Assembly (NCBI GenBank): GCA_035063585.1
Contig: JAPSGB010000016.1
Span: 1 to 64,000 of the forward strand
DNA: 64,000 nt
Direction: 5' to 3'
From: Polyangiaceae bacterium
GTDB taxonomy: Bacteria; Myxococcota_A; Polyangia; Polyangiales; Polyangiaceae
Part shown: in pieces, positions 28,786-39,012 of the stretch
Layout: each line of letters starts with the position of its first letter
Position numbering within the stretch: the stretch's first letter is position 1
Notes under the pieces: generated by a model
Database searches by the model: none
Told to the model about the DNA's origin: nothing
Seen by the model: the letters and a program-made list of their open reading frames with translations, nothing else
Made by a program: the position numbers and the translations under genes

Positions 28786-29460
28786 CTAACTCGCTCGAGA
28801 GACCGCCCGCACCTGGACGACCTCCGGATCGTCGCAGTGCTCGACCAGGATGCGGCGCACGCGGTCCTGCCAGAGCGTGCGGAAGAGCGCTCGATCCTCC
28901 GCGCTCGCTAGCTCGCGGAGGCACGGCCCGATGAGCGCGGACACCCGCGGATCGCTGCCGACCGACTGCAGGTTCACGTTCACCTCGACCGGCGGCGCGC
29001 CGCCGTCGAGGCGCGAGAACCGAAGCTCGCCGAACTCGAGCGGCTGCCCGAAAAACAGCTTGTCGCGGCGCATGAACTTGCCGCCGATGCCGTGGAACCC
29101 CCAGTCGTCGGTGGCGCCGGTGATGAGCGTGCAGGCGGACGCGATGACGCCTGCCACCCCCTCGGCGCGCTGCCCGCGCACGTCCACTCGAATCTCTCCC
29201 CGCCGCGGGAGCGCTTCGCCGTAGAGCGCCTTCAGGCCCGCGCGCGTCATCAAGAACGCCGAGGCCATCGTGGGGCACGAGTGGCCCGCCAGGCGCACGA
29301 CGTCGGCGTAGCGATAGCGGAGCCGGCCGCCCTCGACCGCGCCGAGGAACCCGCTCAGCGGATCGATGACGTCGATGACCGGCGCGTCGTCGAAGAAGGC
29401 CGGGAAGACCTCATGAGGCGCGGCCGCGGTGTCCGGCTGCGCTCGGCTCGTATGACTCAT
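28786..29460 (-). CDS. FmdE-like protein
   Basis: YADVVRLAGHSCPTMASAF, GVAGVIAS...ITGA and GFHGIGGKFMRR. GGGAGG RBS. Confidence 0.7.
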   Translation of the reverse strand: MSHTSRAQPDTAAAPHEVFPAFFDDAPVIDVIDPLSGFLGAVEGGRLRYRYADVVRLAGHSCPTMASAFLMTRAGLKALYGEALPRRGEIRVDVRGQRAEGVAGVIASACTLITGATDDWGFHGIGGKFMRRDKLFFGQPLEFGELRFSRLDGGAPPVEVNVNLQSVGSDPRVSALIGPCLRELASAEDRALFRTLWQDRVRRILVEHCDDPEVVQVRAVSRAS

Positions 29461-29624
29461 GGCCTCCCTATAACGCACGCGCCTCCCGATGAGCAGGCTC
29501 CTTCGGCTTCGACGCGCCGCGCGGGTCGCGACCGGCTCGAGCTCGGCTCCCGCGCGCAGGCTCGCCGCCGGCCCGGGCTTCGCTCCACGTGCGCCTCGCC
29601 GAATCGGTGATAGCTTGCGAATCG

Positions 29625-30227
29625 ATGAAATCTCTCTTCACTTGTTCTCTCGTCAAGTTCACGTTCGCGCCTCTCTTCCTCGCGCTCGCCGGAGCGTGCG
29701 CGGCGCAGCCCGCCGCGTCACCGAGCTCACCGAGCTCACCGAGCTCACCGAGCTCACCGAGCTCACCGAGTGACGCCGCGCCCCCGCCCGCGACTGAGGC
29801 TCCGCCGGCTGCGCCGAACCCGGCCGCGAGCAAAGAGCTCCAGGCCTTCCCAGCGAAGCTCGAGGGGCACCAGCGCTATGTCATCGAGCTCCCCGAGCTC
29901 CCCGACGAGGCCGCGCGCAAGGTCGAGCTCATCGGCGGCAAGGCGATGACGGTCGACTGCAACAGTCGCGGGATGGACGGAAAGTTCGAGTCGCGAGACG
30001 TCGAGGGCTACGGCTACCAGTACTACGTGCTCGCGAGCACGGGCCAGGTCCGAACGACGCTGATGGCCTGCCCGCCCGGCTCCGAGAAGCCCGGCTTCGT
30101 CGAGGCGGAGCCCCTCCTCGTCCGCTATAATAGCAAGCTGCCGCTCGTCGTCTTCGTGCCGGACGGCATGGCGCTCCGCTGGCGCGCGTGGAGCGCCGCC
30201 GCGACGGCGGACGCGCCCGCGCGCTGA
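29625..30227 (+). CDS. eco: Ecotin-family serine protease inhibitor, predicted lipoprotein
   Basis: KVELIGGKAMTVDCN, VEGYGYQYY, reactive loop TTLMACP and RYNSKLPLVVFVP. Lipobox LAGAC. Confidence 0.9.
   Translation: MKSLFTCSLVKFTFAPLFLALAGACAAQPAASPSSPSSPSSPSSPSSPSDAAPPPATEAPPAAPNPAASKELQAFPAKLEGHQRYVIELPELPDEAARKVELIGGKAMTVDCNSRGMDGKFESRDVEGYGYQYYVLASTGQVRTTLMACPPGSEKPGFVEAEPLLVRYNSKLPLVVFVPDGMALRWRAWSAAATADAPAR
29718..29771 (+). repeat. 9-bp tandem repeat x6 (TCACCGAGC) encoding (SPS)6
   Basis: Read directly from the sequence. Confidence 0.9.
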
Positions 30228-30338
30228 CGCCGCCCGACGGGCGCGGCGGCCGCCGCCGGCGGCCGCGCGGGCCGCCAGCGGCCGCATCAATGAACTCGCG
30301 CGGTTGGCGCCGGCCCGCCGATTGCAACTCTCGGCGGC

Positions 30339-32699
30339 GTGCGCGTCGATGGCCCGCTCCTCATCGCGGCCGCGCTGCTCGGCGGTGCGACGGCCGCGGC
30401 GGCGCCGCTCGCGTCGAGCCTCGCCGCGCTCGGCGTCGCGCTCGTGGTGGCGCCGCGCGTGCGCGTGTCGGTGCTGCTCGGCGCCGTGCTCGCGTTCGGC
30501 GCGGGCGCGTGGCGCGCGCATCGAGCGTGCGTCGGCTTCGAGGCCGAGCGCGTCCACGCGCGGGACGCGCTCGGGCCGCCCGCCCGCTGCTTCGCCGAGG
30601 GGACGATCGTCACCTCGCCCACCTGGCGCCAGGGCGCGGCCTCGTACCTCGTCGACCTCGAACACGCCGACTGCGAGGGCCGCCGCTTGCCGCCCGTGGT
30701 CCGCGCGCGCGTCTACGGCGGCCCCGTCGATCTCGCGCGCGGCGACCGCGTCGAAGTCACCGCGCAGCTCGCGCCGGTGCGGCTCTTCCGAGAGCTCGAG
30801 CTTCCCGATCCGGTGCCGCGTGCGGCGCGACACGGCACGCTCCTCAGCGGTATGGCGCTCAGCGTGGTGCCGCTCCGGCGCGCGCACGGCTGGCGCGCCC
30901 TCATCGACGCCGCTCGCGCGCACGCTCGCAGCCGCATCCAGGCGAGCTTCGCGCCCACCGCGGCCGGCATGGCGCGCGCGCTGGTGCTCGGCGAAAATGA
31001 CCTCGATCCGGCGGACGACGAGGCGTTCCGCGCGAGCGGGCTCTCGCACATGCTCGCCGTGAGCGGGACCCACCTGGTCTTCGCGGTGGTCGCCCTGGTG
31101 CGCGCGTTCGCGTATCTCTTGGCGCGGGTCGAGCGGCTCTCCGCGCGCTTCGAGGTGAGCCGCCTCGCCTCCGCGCTCGGCGCGCTGCTCGCGCTCACCT
31201 ACGCCGATTTCGCGGGCGGTTCGGGCTCCGCATGGCGCGCGGCGTGGATGCTCGCGGCCGCGCTCGGCGCGCGCGCGCTCGGTCGTCGCCCGCGCATCGC
31301 GCGCGTGCTCGCCGCCTCGCTCGTCACCGGCGCGCTCATCGACCCGCTCGCGGTGTACGACGTCTCGTTCCTGCTCTCGGCAGCGGCGACCATCGGCCTC
31401 GTGGTCTTCGGCCGCCCGCTCGCCGCGCGCTGCGCGAGTTGGCCGAGGCTGCTCCGCCACGCCGGCGAGAGCGTCGCGGCCACGGTCGCCTCCATGCTCC
31501 CCTGCGCGCCGCTCCTCGCGCTCCTCGCGCCGACCCTCACCATCGCCGGAATCGTCGCCAACGTGGTGGCCGCGCCCTTCGGCGAGGTGGTCGCGCTCCC
31601 GCTCTGCCTGGCGCACGGCCTGCTCGCACTGCTGCCCGCCGCCGAGCGCGGGGTCGCGCTGGTCGCCTCCGGCGCGCTCCTCATCGTGAAGCGAGTGGCG
31701 CAGCTCAGCGCGGACGCGACCTGGCTCGCGTTCCGCGTCCCCGCGCCGACGCCGTGGCACTTCGCGCTCCTCGCGGTCGGAGGCGCGGCGTTCTTGACCA
31801 TGCGCCGCGCTCGGGCCGTCTCCGCGCTCGCGACGTTCGCCGGCCTCGCGGCGCTCGAGCTCGCCACCCATCGCGCCGGTCACCCGCGCGGTCGTCTTCG
31901 CGTCACCGCGCTCGACGTCGGGCAAGGCGACTCGACCCTGATCGATTTGCCCGACGGACGCCTCATGCTCATCGATGGGGGCGGCTTCGTGGGGAGCCCG
32001 GTCGATCCGGGGACGAGCGTCATCCTTCCCGTGCTTCGCGCGCGCCGCCGCGCGCGCGTCGACATCGCGGTGCTCTCCCACGCGCACCCCGACCACTTCA
32101 CCGGTCTAGCGAGCGCGCTCCCGGAGGTCGAAGTCGGTGAGCTCTGGGACAGCGGGCAAGGAGAAGCCGAGGGCGCGGGCCCGCTCTACGCCGCGCTCAT
32201 CGCGAACCTGCGCGGTCGCGGCATCCCCATCCGTCACGCCGCTTGGTTTTGCGGTCGCAGCGTCGCGGCCGGCGGCGCGGTCGTCGAGCCCTTGGCGCCG
32301 TGCCCCGACTTCGTCCCGCGCGGGCCCGGCAACGACAATTCGATCGTGCTCAGGATCCGCTACGGAGCGCGTCGCGCGCTGCTCGTCGGCGACGCCGAGC
32401 GAGACGAAGAGCGTCGCGTGCTCGGCGCTCACGCGGGCGCGCTCCGCGCGGACTTCCTCAAGGTCGGCCACCATGGCTCGCGTACCAGCACCTCGCCGGA
32501 CTTTCTCCGCGCCGTGTCGCCCGCGTTCGCGACCATTTCGTGCGGGGTGCGTAACCGCTACGGTCACCCTCGTCCCGAGACGCTCGCCACGCTCGCGGCG
32601 GCCGGCGTCCGGGCGCTCCGCCTGGACCGCGTGGGAGCGGTCGAGTGGGCGACCGACGGCCGGGAGGTGACCGTGCGCGCCTACAGCGTGCCGCGCTGA
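30339..32699 (+). CDS. comEC: DNA internalization competence protein ComEC/Rec2
   Basis: SGLSHMLAVSGTH, LDVGQGDS, SHAHPDHFTG and KVGHHGSRTS. Confidence 0.93.
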   Translation: MRVDGPLLIAAALLGGATAAAAPLASSLAALGVALVVAPRVRVSVLLGAVLAFGAGAWRAHRACVGFEAERVHARDALGPPARCFAEGTIVTSPTWRQGAASYLVDLEHADCEGRRLPPVVRARVYGGPVDLARGDRVEVTAQLAPVRLFRELELPDPVPRAARHGTLLSGMALSVVPLRRAHGWRALIDAARAHARSRIQASFAPTAAGMARALVLGENDLDPADDEAFRASGLSHMLAVSGTHLVFAVVALVRAFAYLLARVERLSARFEVSRLASALGALLALTYADFAGGSGSAWRAAWMLAAALGARALGRRPRIARVLAASLVTGALIDPLAVYDVSFLLSAAATIGLVVFGRPLAARCASWPRLLRHAGESVAATVASMLPCAPLLALLAPTLTIAGIVANVVAAPFGEVVALPLCLAHGLLALLPAAERGVALVASGALLIVKRVAQLSADATWLAFRVPAPTPWHFALLAVGGAAFLTMRRARAVSALATFAGLAALELATHRAGHPRGRLRVTALDVGQGDSTLIDLPDGRLMLIDGGGFVGSPVDPGTSVILPVLRARRRARVDIAVLSHAHPDHFTGLASALPEVEVGELWDSGQGEAEGAGPLYAALIANLRGRGIPIRHAAWFCGRSVAAGGAVVEPLAPCPDFVPRGPGNDNSIVLRIRYGARRALLVGDAERDEERRVLGAHAGALRADFLKVGHHGSRTSTSPDFLRAVSPAFATISCGVRNRYGHPRPETLATLAAAGVRALRLDRVGAVEWATDGREVTVRAYSVPR

Positions 32700-32739
32700 G
32701 CTCGCTTGACGCTCGCGCCGCGCGCCGTTACGCGCGGGC

Positions 32740-33279
32740 ATGAAGCACGTCGCGGAGCTCGCCCGGACGAGAACGCTTGTCGGCGCCGCCGAGCTCGCCG
32801 CGAGGGTGCGCGAGCTCGGCGCCCGCATCACCGAGGACTACGCCGGGCGCTCGCTGGTGTTGATCGTAGTGCTCAAGGGCAGCTTCATCTTCGCAGCCGA
32901 TCTCGCGCGCGCGATCGATCTGCCGCTCCGTGTCGAGTTCCTCGGCGTGCAGAGCTACGGCGACGACACGCGCTCGAGCGGCGTCGTGCAAATCACTCTC
33001 GACGTTACCCGCCCGATCGACGGCGAGGACATCTTGGTCGTGGAGGATATCGTCGACACCGGTCTCACCCTGAAGTACATCCTCGCGCAGCTCGCGGCGC
33101 GAAACCCTGCGAGCCTGAAGACCTGCGCGCTGCTCCACAAGCCGGCGCGCAAGCAGGAGGACGTGCCCATCGACTACCTCGGCTTCACCATCGAGGACGA
33201 GTTCGTGGTCGGCTACGGACTCGACTGGGCGCAGCGCTTCCGTAACTTGCCCGAGCTCGCGGTGGTCCTCGAGTCTTAG
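32740..33279 (+). CDS. hpt: Hypoxanthine phosphoribosyltransferase
   Basis: [25 protein letters not shown] and FVVGYGLD. Confidence 0.96.
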   Translation: MKHVAELARTRTLVGAAELAARVRELGARITEDYAGRSLVLIVVLKGSFIFAADLARAIDLPLRVEFLGVQSYGDDTRSSGVVQITLDVTRPIDGEDILVVEDIVDTGLTLKYILAQLAARNPASLKTCALLHKPARKQEDVPIDYLGFTIEDEFVVGYGLDWAQRFRNLPELAVVLES

Positions 33280-33282
33280 CGC

Positions 33283-33828
33283 GTGGCATCGATCGCGGAC
33301 GAGCTCGCGGAGCGCCTCGCCGGATTCGCGCCGGAGCCCGGGGAAGCAGCCGCGCTTCACGCGATGCGCGGGCTCCTCGCGCGCGGCGCCGCCGCCTTCC
33401 GTCGCACCGAGTACGAGCCCGGCCACTTCACCGCCAGCGCCTTCGTGCTCTCGCCGGAGGGCGACGAGCTGCTCCTCATCGAGCACCGCACGCTCCGTCG
33501 CTGGCTCCAGCCGGGCGGTCACATCGAGGCCGTCGACGCGACGGTGCTCGACGCGGCCCGGCGCGAGCTCCGCGAGGAGACGGGCGTCACGGACGCGGCG
33601 CTCCTCGGCGGGCTCTTCGATCTCGACGTCCATCTCATCCCGCCCGGCAAGGCGCCTGCCCACCGGCACTTCGATCTGCGCTTCCTCTTTCGGGCTGCGA
33701 ACCGTGCGCTCGAGAGCTCCGAGGAGGTTCGCGGCGCGCGCTGGTGCTCGCTCGAGGAGGTCTCCCGGCTGAACACCGACGAGTCGGTGGTACGCGCCGT
33801 GCGGAAGCTCCAGGCGCGTGCTCGCTGA
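33283..33828 (+). CDS. NUDIX hydrolase
   Basis: GHFTASAFV, WLQPGGHIE...AARRELREETG and HFDLRF. Confidence 0.9.
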   Translation: MASIADELAERLAGFAPEPGEAAALHAMRGLLARGAAAFRRTEYEPGHFTASAFVLSPEGDELLLIEHRTLRRWLQPGGHIEAVDATVLDAARRELREETGVTDAALLGGLFDLDVHLIPPGKAPAHRHFDLRFLFRAANRALESSEEVRGARWCSLEEVSRLNTDESVVRAVRKLQARAR

Positions 33829-33950
33829 TTCGTCTCGAGCGCCGCCGGGCCGCTGCCGCCTGCACGACCGCCGCACGGGCGCGCCCCCGGTCGCGGCGCG
33901 CTGGCGGCCGCCCTCGCTCTGCTGCGCGGGTGACCTGGTCTTCCGCGCCG

Positions 33951-34103
33951 CCGACTTACGATGAGCCGTGGTCCAAGCTCCCCGTGTGTCGCGCGCGAAC
34001 CGAGCCGGTCGGTTCCGCGCCGGACCGACTTACGATGAGCCGTCGTCCAAGCTCCCCGTGTGTCGCGCGCGAACCGAGCCGGTCGGTTCCGCGCCGGACC
34101 GAC
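33951..34103. repeat. Tandem duplication of a 74-bp unit containing the REP-like hairpin
   Basis: Units start at 33951 and 34025 and differ at one base. Each contains GCGCGAACCGA-GCCGG-TCGGTTCCGCGC. Confidence 0.9.
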
Positions 34104-34342
34104 CATCTCCCTTCGACCTGAGGGAGCGGGGCTCGGCATGGCCGAGCGAGGCCGCGAGGGCTCGCGCGCAGTCGAGGTGCCGAGGCGCGCGCGGCGATTC
34201 GACGGGTGTCTTCCGGTGTTCGCGCGCCTCCCGGTTTCCTTGACGGGCCTGAAGCGTCGCGCCACGATATCTGGGCCCGAGCGGTCGCTTTCTTACGACG
34301 AGCAAGTGGCTTCGCCCGGGGGACTCGATGCGAGGACTGACG

Positions 34343-34849
34343 ATGAAGATGATTGCGAGCTTCGGTATCGTGGCGATCCTGGTCGGCGCGCTCGCTGGCT
34401 GCAGCAGCGATGACTCCAGCGGCAACAGCGGAACGGGCGGCTCGAGCACCGGCGGCCAGGGACAGGGCGGCCAGGGACAGGGCGGCCAGGGACAGGGCGG
34501 CCAGGGACAGGGCGGCCAGGGTCAGGGCGGCCAGGGTCAGGGCGGCCAGGGTCAGGGCGGCCAGGGTCAGGGCGGCCAGGGTCAGGGCGGCCAGGGTCAG
34601 GGCGGCCAGGGTCAGGGCGGCCAGGGTCAGGGCGGTACGTGCGCTCCGTGCATGCAGAGCCAGTGTTCCACGGAGGTCAGCGCGTGTATCAGCAACACCG
34701 AGTGCGCGGCGATCCTCTCGTGTGCACCAGCCTGCAACGGGGATCAGGCCTGCGTGCAGCAGTGCATGACCGCTCACCCCAATGGCGCCGGCCTGGCGCA
34801 AACAGTCGTGAACTGCGTACAGTCCAAGTGCGCTAGCGAGTGCACCTGA
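34343..34849 (+). CDS. Cys-rich lipoprotein with (GGQGQ)12 linker
   Basis: Lipobox LAGC and a C-terminal domain with repeated CxxC/CxxxC motifs. Confidence 0.8.
   Translation: MKMIASFGIVAILVGALAGCSSDDSSGNSGTGGSSTGGQGQGGQGQGGQGQGGQGQGGQGQGGQGQGGQGQGGQGQGGQGQGGQGQGGQGQGGQGQGGTCAPCMQSQCSTEVSACISNTECAAILSCAPACNGDQACVQQCMTAHPNGAGLAQTVVNCVQSKCASECT
34451..34630 (+). repeat. 15-bp tandem repeat x12 (GGCGGCCAGGGWCAG)
   Basis: The first 4 units have GGA and the last 8 have GGT. Confidence 0.95.
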
Positions 34850-34951
34850 GGGCGCGCCACGCGCGCACCGAGAGCGCCGGCGTCGTCAGGGCGCCGGCGC
34901 TCTCTCGTCTTGTGTGCCCCGGCGGTCGCGTCTCCGCCGCTCTGCCGGCGG

Positions 34952-36238
34952 CTAACGGAGCAAGCGCGGAAACAAGGCCTCGAGCGTCGTGACGATCGAA
35001 CCCACCCCCTCCGCGAACTCGCTCGCGGAGTCGAAGTGGCAGCCGTGCGGGAGCGCGTCGAAGTCCGGCCCGCGGAGGAATTCGCCCGGATAATCCGCCA
35101 CCAGCCCCTCGATGGCCGCGCGGATCTTCTGTTGGTTCGGCGCGCTGGCACCGCAGCCGGCGCCGGTGGTGACGAAGAGCACCCAGGGTGGCAGGGTGGC
35201 AAGGTGCGTCATGTAGTTCGCCTCGACCGCGTGCTTCATCGTGAGCATGTGTGACGCGTAGGTGCCGGTGGTCATCCCGTTGATGGCGTCCGTCTCGCCT
35301 TGCACCCACAGCACCGCGTCGACCGTGTTCAGGCTCGAGAGATAGCCGAAGCGGCGATAGAGGTAGTCTCCGCTCGACCACGCGGTGATCGAGGTGCCGC
35401 CGACTCCGGTGGACACGGCGCGATGCTCCCAGCGGTTGGTCGCCGCCAAGCGGTCGAGCACGGATGGCCAGAAGGCGCGGGCGAGGCCGTGCGCGATCGG
35501 TACGACGCCACCCGGCAGCGTCGAGTAACGCTCCCACGTCACCGCGCCGAGCGCCGCGAGCGGGCTCGCCGGCTCGTCGTTGGTCGGCGAGAGGCTCGCG
35601 TCGGCGAGGAACCAGAGGCGGTCCCCCCGAGCCACCGGGAAATCCGCGGGCGCGCACGCGGTGCACTCCCAGTTGGCGGAGTTCGACTGGCCCGCGATGA
35701 ACCAGCTCGGCCCGACCGTTCGCGGGTACGGCTCACCGTTCAGCTCGAGCACGACCTCGTGATCCTCGAAGCGCGGCAGCTTCAGGGCCGGCACCGTGAG
35801 CGTCGCGCGGCCGACCTCGACCACGCGCGTGTCAACGAAGAGCGGCTGGCTCGTCTCGTCGCGGATCGCGAACTCGAGCTGGCCGGCGAGCGTGACGTCG
35901 ATGGTGAGCGTGAGATCCCCGAGCGGTGAAACGAACCCGGAGGCTTCGGGCGAGACCAGCGTCGCCTGCGCGCGCGCCGGCGCGCCCCCACCGCCGCCTC
36001 CCGCGCCGCTGCTGCCGCTCTTGCCACCGGCGCCGCCGCTGCCTCCCGCGCCGCTGTTGCCACCGGCGCCGCCGCCCGTGCCAGCGCTGCCTCCCGCGTC
36101 GCCGGCCGCGCCGGCGCGACCGCCCGTGGCGTGCGGTCCGGGCGGCTCACCGCCCGAGCCCGTGCACGCGAACGCCATCGCTGCCCCCGCGAGGAGCCGG
36201 AGCGAGCTCGCGACGCATCTCGTCGTTCCGAACGTCAT
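34952..36238 (-). CDS. Lipoprotein with sialate O-acetylesterase-like (SGNH/CE6) domain
   Basis: Lipobox AFAC, Gly linker, FIAGQSNS, VLWVQGETDA and a distal HFD. Confidence 0.75.
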   Translation of the reverse strand: MTFGTTRCVASSLRLLAGAAMAFACTGSGGEPPGPHATGGRAGAAGDAGGSAGTGGGAGGNSGAGGSGGAGGKSGSSGAGGGGGGAPARAQATLVSPEASGFVSPLGDLTLTIDVTLAGQLEFAIRDETSQPLFVDTRVVEVGRATLTVPALKLPRFEDHEVVLELNGEPYPRTVGPSWFIAGQSNSANWECTACAPADFPVARGDRLWFLADASLSPTNDEPASPLAALGAVTWERYSTLPGGVVPIAHGLARAFWPSVLDRLAATNRWEHRAVSTGVGGTSITAWSSGDYLYRRFGYLSSLNTVDAVLWVQGETDAINGMTTGTYASHMLTMKHAVEANYMTHLATLPPWVLFVTTGAGCGASAPNQQKIRAAIEGLVADYPGEFLRGPDFDALPHGCHFDSASEFAEGVGSIVTTLEALFPRLLR

Positions 36239-36295
36239 GCGCGGTCATTGTCACACGCTCTCGGCGCGCGAGCTACCGCGGCTCGGGCGCGGGCC

Positions 36296-37387
36296 TCACG
36301 GACAGGTGACGAAGGTCGTCTCGTATGATGCGAAGACGCGTCCGTCACTCTCGACCAGCTCGACGCGATATGCGACGTCGTTCGCGGGCGCCCACCCGTC
36401 GGGGTCGAACGAGCTGAAGTTCGTGAAGTGGTGCTCCGTCTTCATGGGCTTCTCTTCGCCGGTCGCCGCCACGAAGACCTTGGCATCGAGCGGGGGCGTG
36501 TCCGCCGTGCCGCGCTGCACGAACCACTTGTTCGGAACCAGCGCGCGGACGTTTGGTCCGGGTCCGGGGTGGGCGACGAACGCCGGATCGGTGGCGAGCG
36601 CCGGGTAGCTGCCGCCGTAGTGCATCGCGCTCGCGCCTCCGGTCGCGCCGAACCACACGCCCGCTCGCCCGACCGAGAGCACGTTGCGGCGATGAATCAG
36701 GTTTTGGTTCACCTCGAGCGCGTACCCGTCCACCTGCCCGACGAGCCCGAACCCGCTCGCGATGAGCGAGTCCGCGCACATCGCTGCGCCGTCCGGCGTG
36801 TAACACTTCGCCGTCGTCGGAGGAGAGTGAGAGAAAGTATACTGAAGGATCGCGGCGCATTCCTGCTCGCCCTGGGCGACCTTCGGGAGCACCTGCACCG
36901 GGCCCACGCCCAGCATCCACCGGTACAGGTTCAAGTACCGGAGCGCGGCGACTTGCCCCGCGTAGGGCACGAGCCCCGGATCGCACTCGCCGCCGGTGCC
37001 GGCGCTCCACTCGGTCACGCCGGTGGACCGCTCGCTCGCGTACCGCGCGCACACCTCGGCCTTGCTTCGCGTCGTTGGTGCCGAGACCGCGCTCGCCACG
37101 CAATCGCTGCCGCTCGGCTCGAACCCCGGCGCGCACACGCAGGCGCCGCCATCGTCGCACAGCATGGTCCCCGTGCAGGCCTCGTCGCACGGCTTACCCG
37201 TGTGACTCCCGCCGCCGCTCGAGGCCCCGCCGCTCGAGGCCCCGCCGCTCGAGGCCCCGCCGCTCGAGGCCCCGCCGCTCGAGGCCCCGCCGCTCGAGGC
37301 CCCGCCGCTCGAGGCCCCGCCGCTCGAGGCCCCGCCGCCACACGCGGCGAGGAGCGCCGCCAACCCAGCGATAACGAAACGATCCAT
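36296..37387 (-). CDS. Lipoprotein with EGF-like segment and CAP/SCP-like domain
   Basis: Lipobox LAAC, (GASSG)8 linker, CVCAPGF, ALRYLNLYRWMLGV, FSHSPP and HRRNVL. Confidence 0.65.
   Translation of the reverse strand: MDRFVIAGLAALLAACGGGASSGGASSGGASSGGASSGGASSGGASSGGASSGGASSGGGSHTGKPCDEACTGTMLCDDGGACVCAPGFEPSGSDCVASAVSAPTTRSKAEVCARYASERSTGVTEWSAGTGGECDPGLVPYAGQVAALRYLNLYRWMLGVGPVQVLPKVAQGEQECAAILQYTFSHSPPTTAKCYTPDGAAMCADSLIASGFGLVGQVDGYALEVNQNLIHRRNVLSVGRAGVWFGATGGASAMHYGGSYPALATDPAFVAHPGPGPNVRALVPNKWFVQRGTADTPPLDAKVFVAATGEEKPMKTEHHFTNFSSFDPDGWAPANDVAYRVELVESDGRVFASYETTFVTCP
37217..37336 (-). repeat. 15-bp tandem repeat x8 encoding GGASS
   Basis: GCTCGAGGCCCCGCC repeated 8 times on the + strand. 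Confidence 0.95.
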
Positions 37388-37752
37388 GCGCGGGACTCTA
37401 TCAGAGCTCGCTCGAGCTCGAGCTCCGTCCACGCCAAGGGCGACTCCCGTTCGCCGCTCGAGTTCCAGGAGCTCGATACGCCCGCGCAGGCCGACCTCGC
37501 CGAAGTCGCCGAGCGCTCGGCGGACGGTGAGACGGTGAGACGGTGAGACGGTGGCTGACGTCGCCAAGCTGGCGGCCCCCCCCCCCGCGCTCGAGGCGGC
37601 TAGCCGGAAGCAGCCTGTGGCGCTGGCGACCATCGTGCGAGGGTGACCGGCGGTGTCGGCCGTCGCCCACGAACCGGGACCGACCGCCCGGCTATGGCTC
37701 GCTCGATTCTAGTGGCGGAGCGGCGAGGGCGAAAGATATGTTGGCGGGATCG

Positions 37753-39012
37753 ATGACAGGCCCACTCGGACTGCGAGCGCTTCGACATTGGTTCGTACGC
37801 ATGGCCGGTCTGGGGGCGCTCACGTCCCCGCTCGTCGTCGCCTCCGAGGCGCGCGCGCAGGCCTACACCGGCAGCGAGGTCAAGCTCGCGGTCGATCCGT
37901 CAATAGACATCATGAAGGATCACGTTTCGTTCCTCGCCCTGCAGGACCGCTACGACGCGATGCTCGGCTACTTCGTCCTCACGGAGCGATTCTCGCCGCT
38001 GCGCTACGTGAGTGACGACGGCACGAAGACCTCGCGCGTCGCCCACCGCGCGGGGGAGATGATCGGCGGCGGGTACGGCACCCCTCAGCTCGGCTTCATG
38101 GCCGGCGCCTGGATCGACTGGATCCGCGTGGGCCCCGGCCCGAGCTCTCAGTTTCAGGGGATCATCTTCGGCGGCGTCGCGCTCTACGGCTTTCAGGCGA
38201 CCTACTCGTCCTTCCAGTCGCAGCAGCTCGAGCTCGACCCGTTTGGCAACTTCGGCGACAGGAAGGGGGGCTCGAGCGGCTACACGTACCGCCCCGGGGC
38301 CGGCGAGGCCGAGCACGCCTTCGACAGGGTGACCGACGCGTTCACCGTCTATCACTCGAGCGGCGCCTCGCTCGTCGTCCTGCGGGCCGAGACGCCCACC
38401 GGCGCGAGCTACGTCAGCGACGTGCGCGCGCAGCTCCAGCCGCTGAAGCAGTGGCTCGACGACGAATTCGGCCTGCCGATCATCGCGGTGCAGAAGCTCG
38501 ATCCGGCCCGCGCGCTCGCCGACGCCCGCACGAGCGGGGCGCAGGCTCTGACGCAGCCGGACACGCTCCGAGCCCCGTGGGAAATCGAGCTCGGCTCGGA
38601 CAACCTGCTGAACCAAGGCATCCGCGCGCACGTGCTCGGGCGCGTGAGCCCCACCGTGAGCTTCCGCAGCGCCGAGCTCGGCGTCTACCGCGACATCGAC
38701 GCCCTGACGGTCGCGGCCCGCACGTTCGCCTTCTCACGCGACGACCGGGCCCACCTCAGCCTCGACGCCTTCGCCCGCTACAGCATCTTGCCGCCCGGCA
38801 AGGAGTCGCTCGGGTTCCCCGTCGCGGTCGCCGCCTCGTACAGCTACGACAGTCCCGACGCGTCGACGTTCATCCCTCTGCCGTACGCGCACGTCTTCGG
38901 CCTCCAGATCATCGTCGGCGCCCCCGACATCGCCAAGCCGGTCGTGCCCATCGTGCGGCCGAAGAAGCCCGACTCCGACGACGACGCGCGCACGACGCGA
39001 GGTGGCCGATGA
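37753..39012 (+). CDS. Hypothetical exported protein, possible beta-barrel
   Basis: Signal peptide ending ARA-Q, aromatic-rich beta-strand pattern and strong GC3 bias. Start could instead be 37801. Confidence 0.6.
   Translation: MTGPLGLRALRHWFVRMAGLGALTSPLVVASEARAQAYTGSEVKLAVDPSIDIMKDHVSFLALQDRYDAMLGYFVLTERFSPLRYVSDDGTKTSRVAHRAGEMIGGGYGTPQLGFMAGAWIDWIRVGPGPSSQFQGIIFGGVALYGFQATYSSFQSQQLELDPFGNFGDRKGGSSGYTYRPGAGEAEHAFDRVTDAFTVYHSSGASLVVLRAETPTGASYVSDVRAQLQPLKQWLDDEFGLPIIAVQKLDPARALADARTSGAQALTQPDTLRAPWEIELGSDNLLNQGIRAHVLGRVSPTVSFRSAELGVYRDIDALTVAARTFAFSRDDRAHLSLDAFARYSILPPGKESLGFPVAVAASYSYDSPDASTFIPLPYAHVFGLQIIVGAPDIAKPVVPIVRPKKPDSDDDARTTRGGR

Noticed and set aside
33951..34103. Possible CRISPR array
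   Set aside because: Only two units, the would-be spacers are identical, and no cas genes are present. It is a tandem duplication.
37523..37586. (ACGGTGAG)3 microrepeat and a poly-C run as a phase-variation switch
   Set aside because: Short, intergenic and not tied to an identifiable promoter. The evidence is insufficient.
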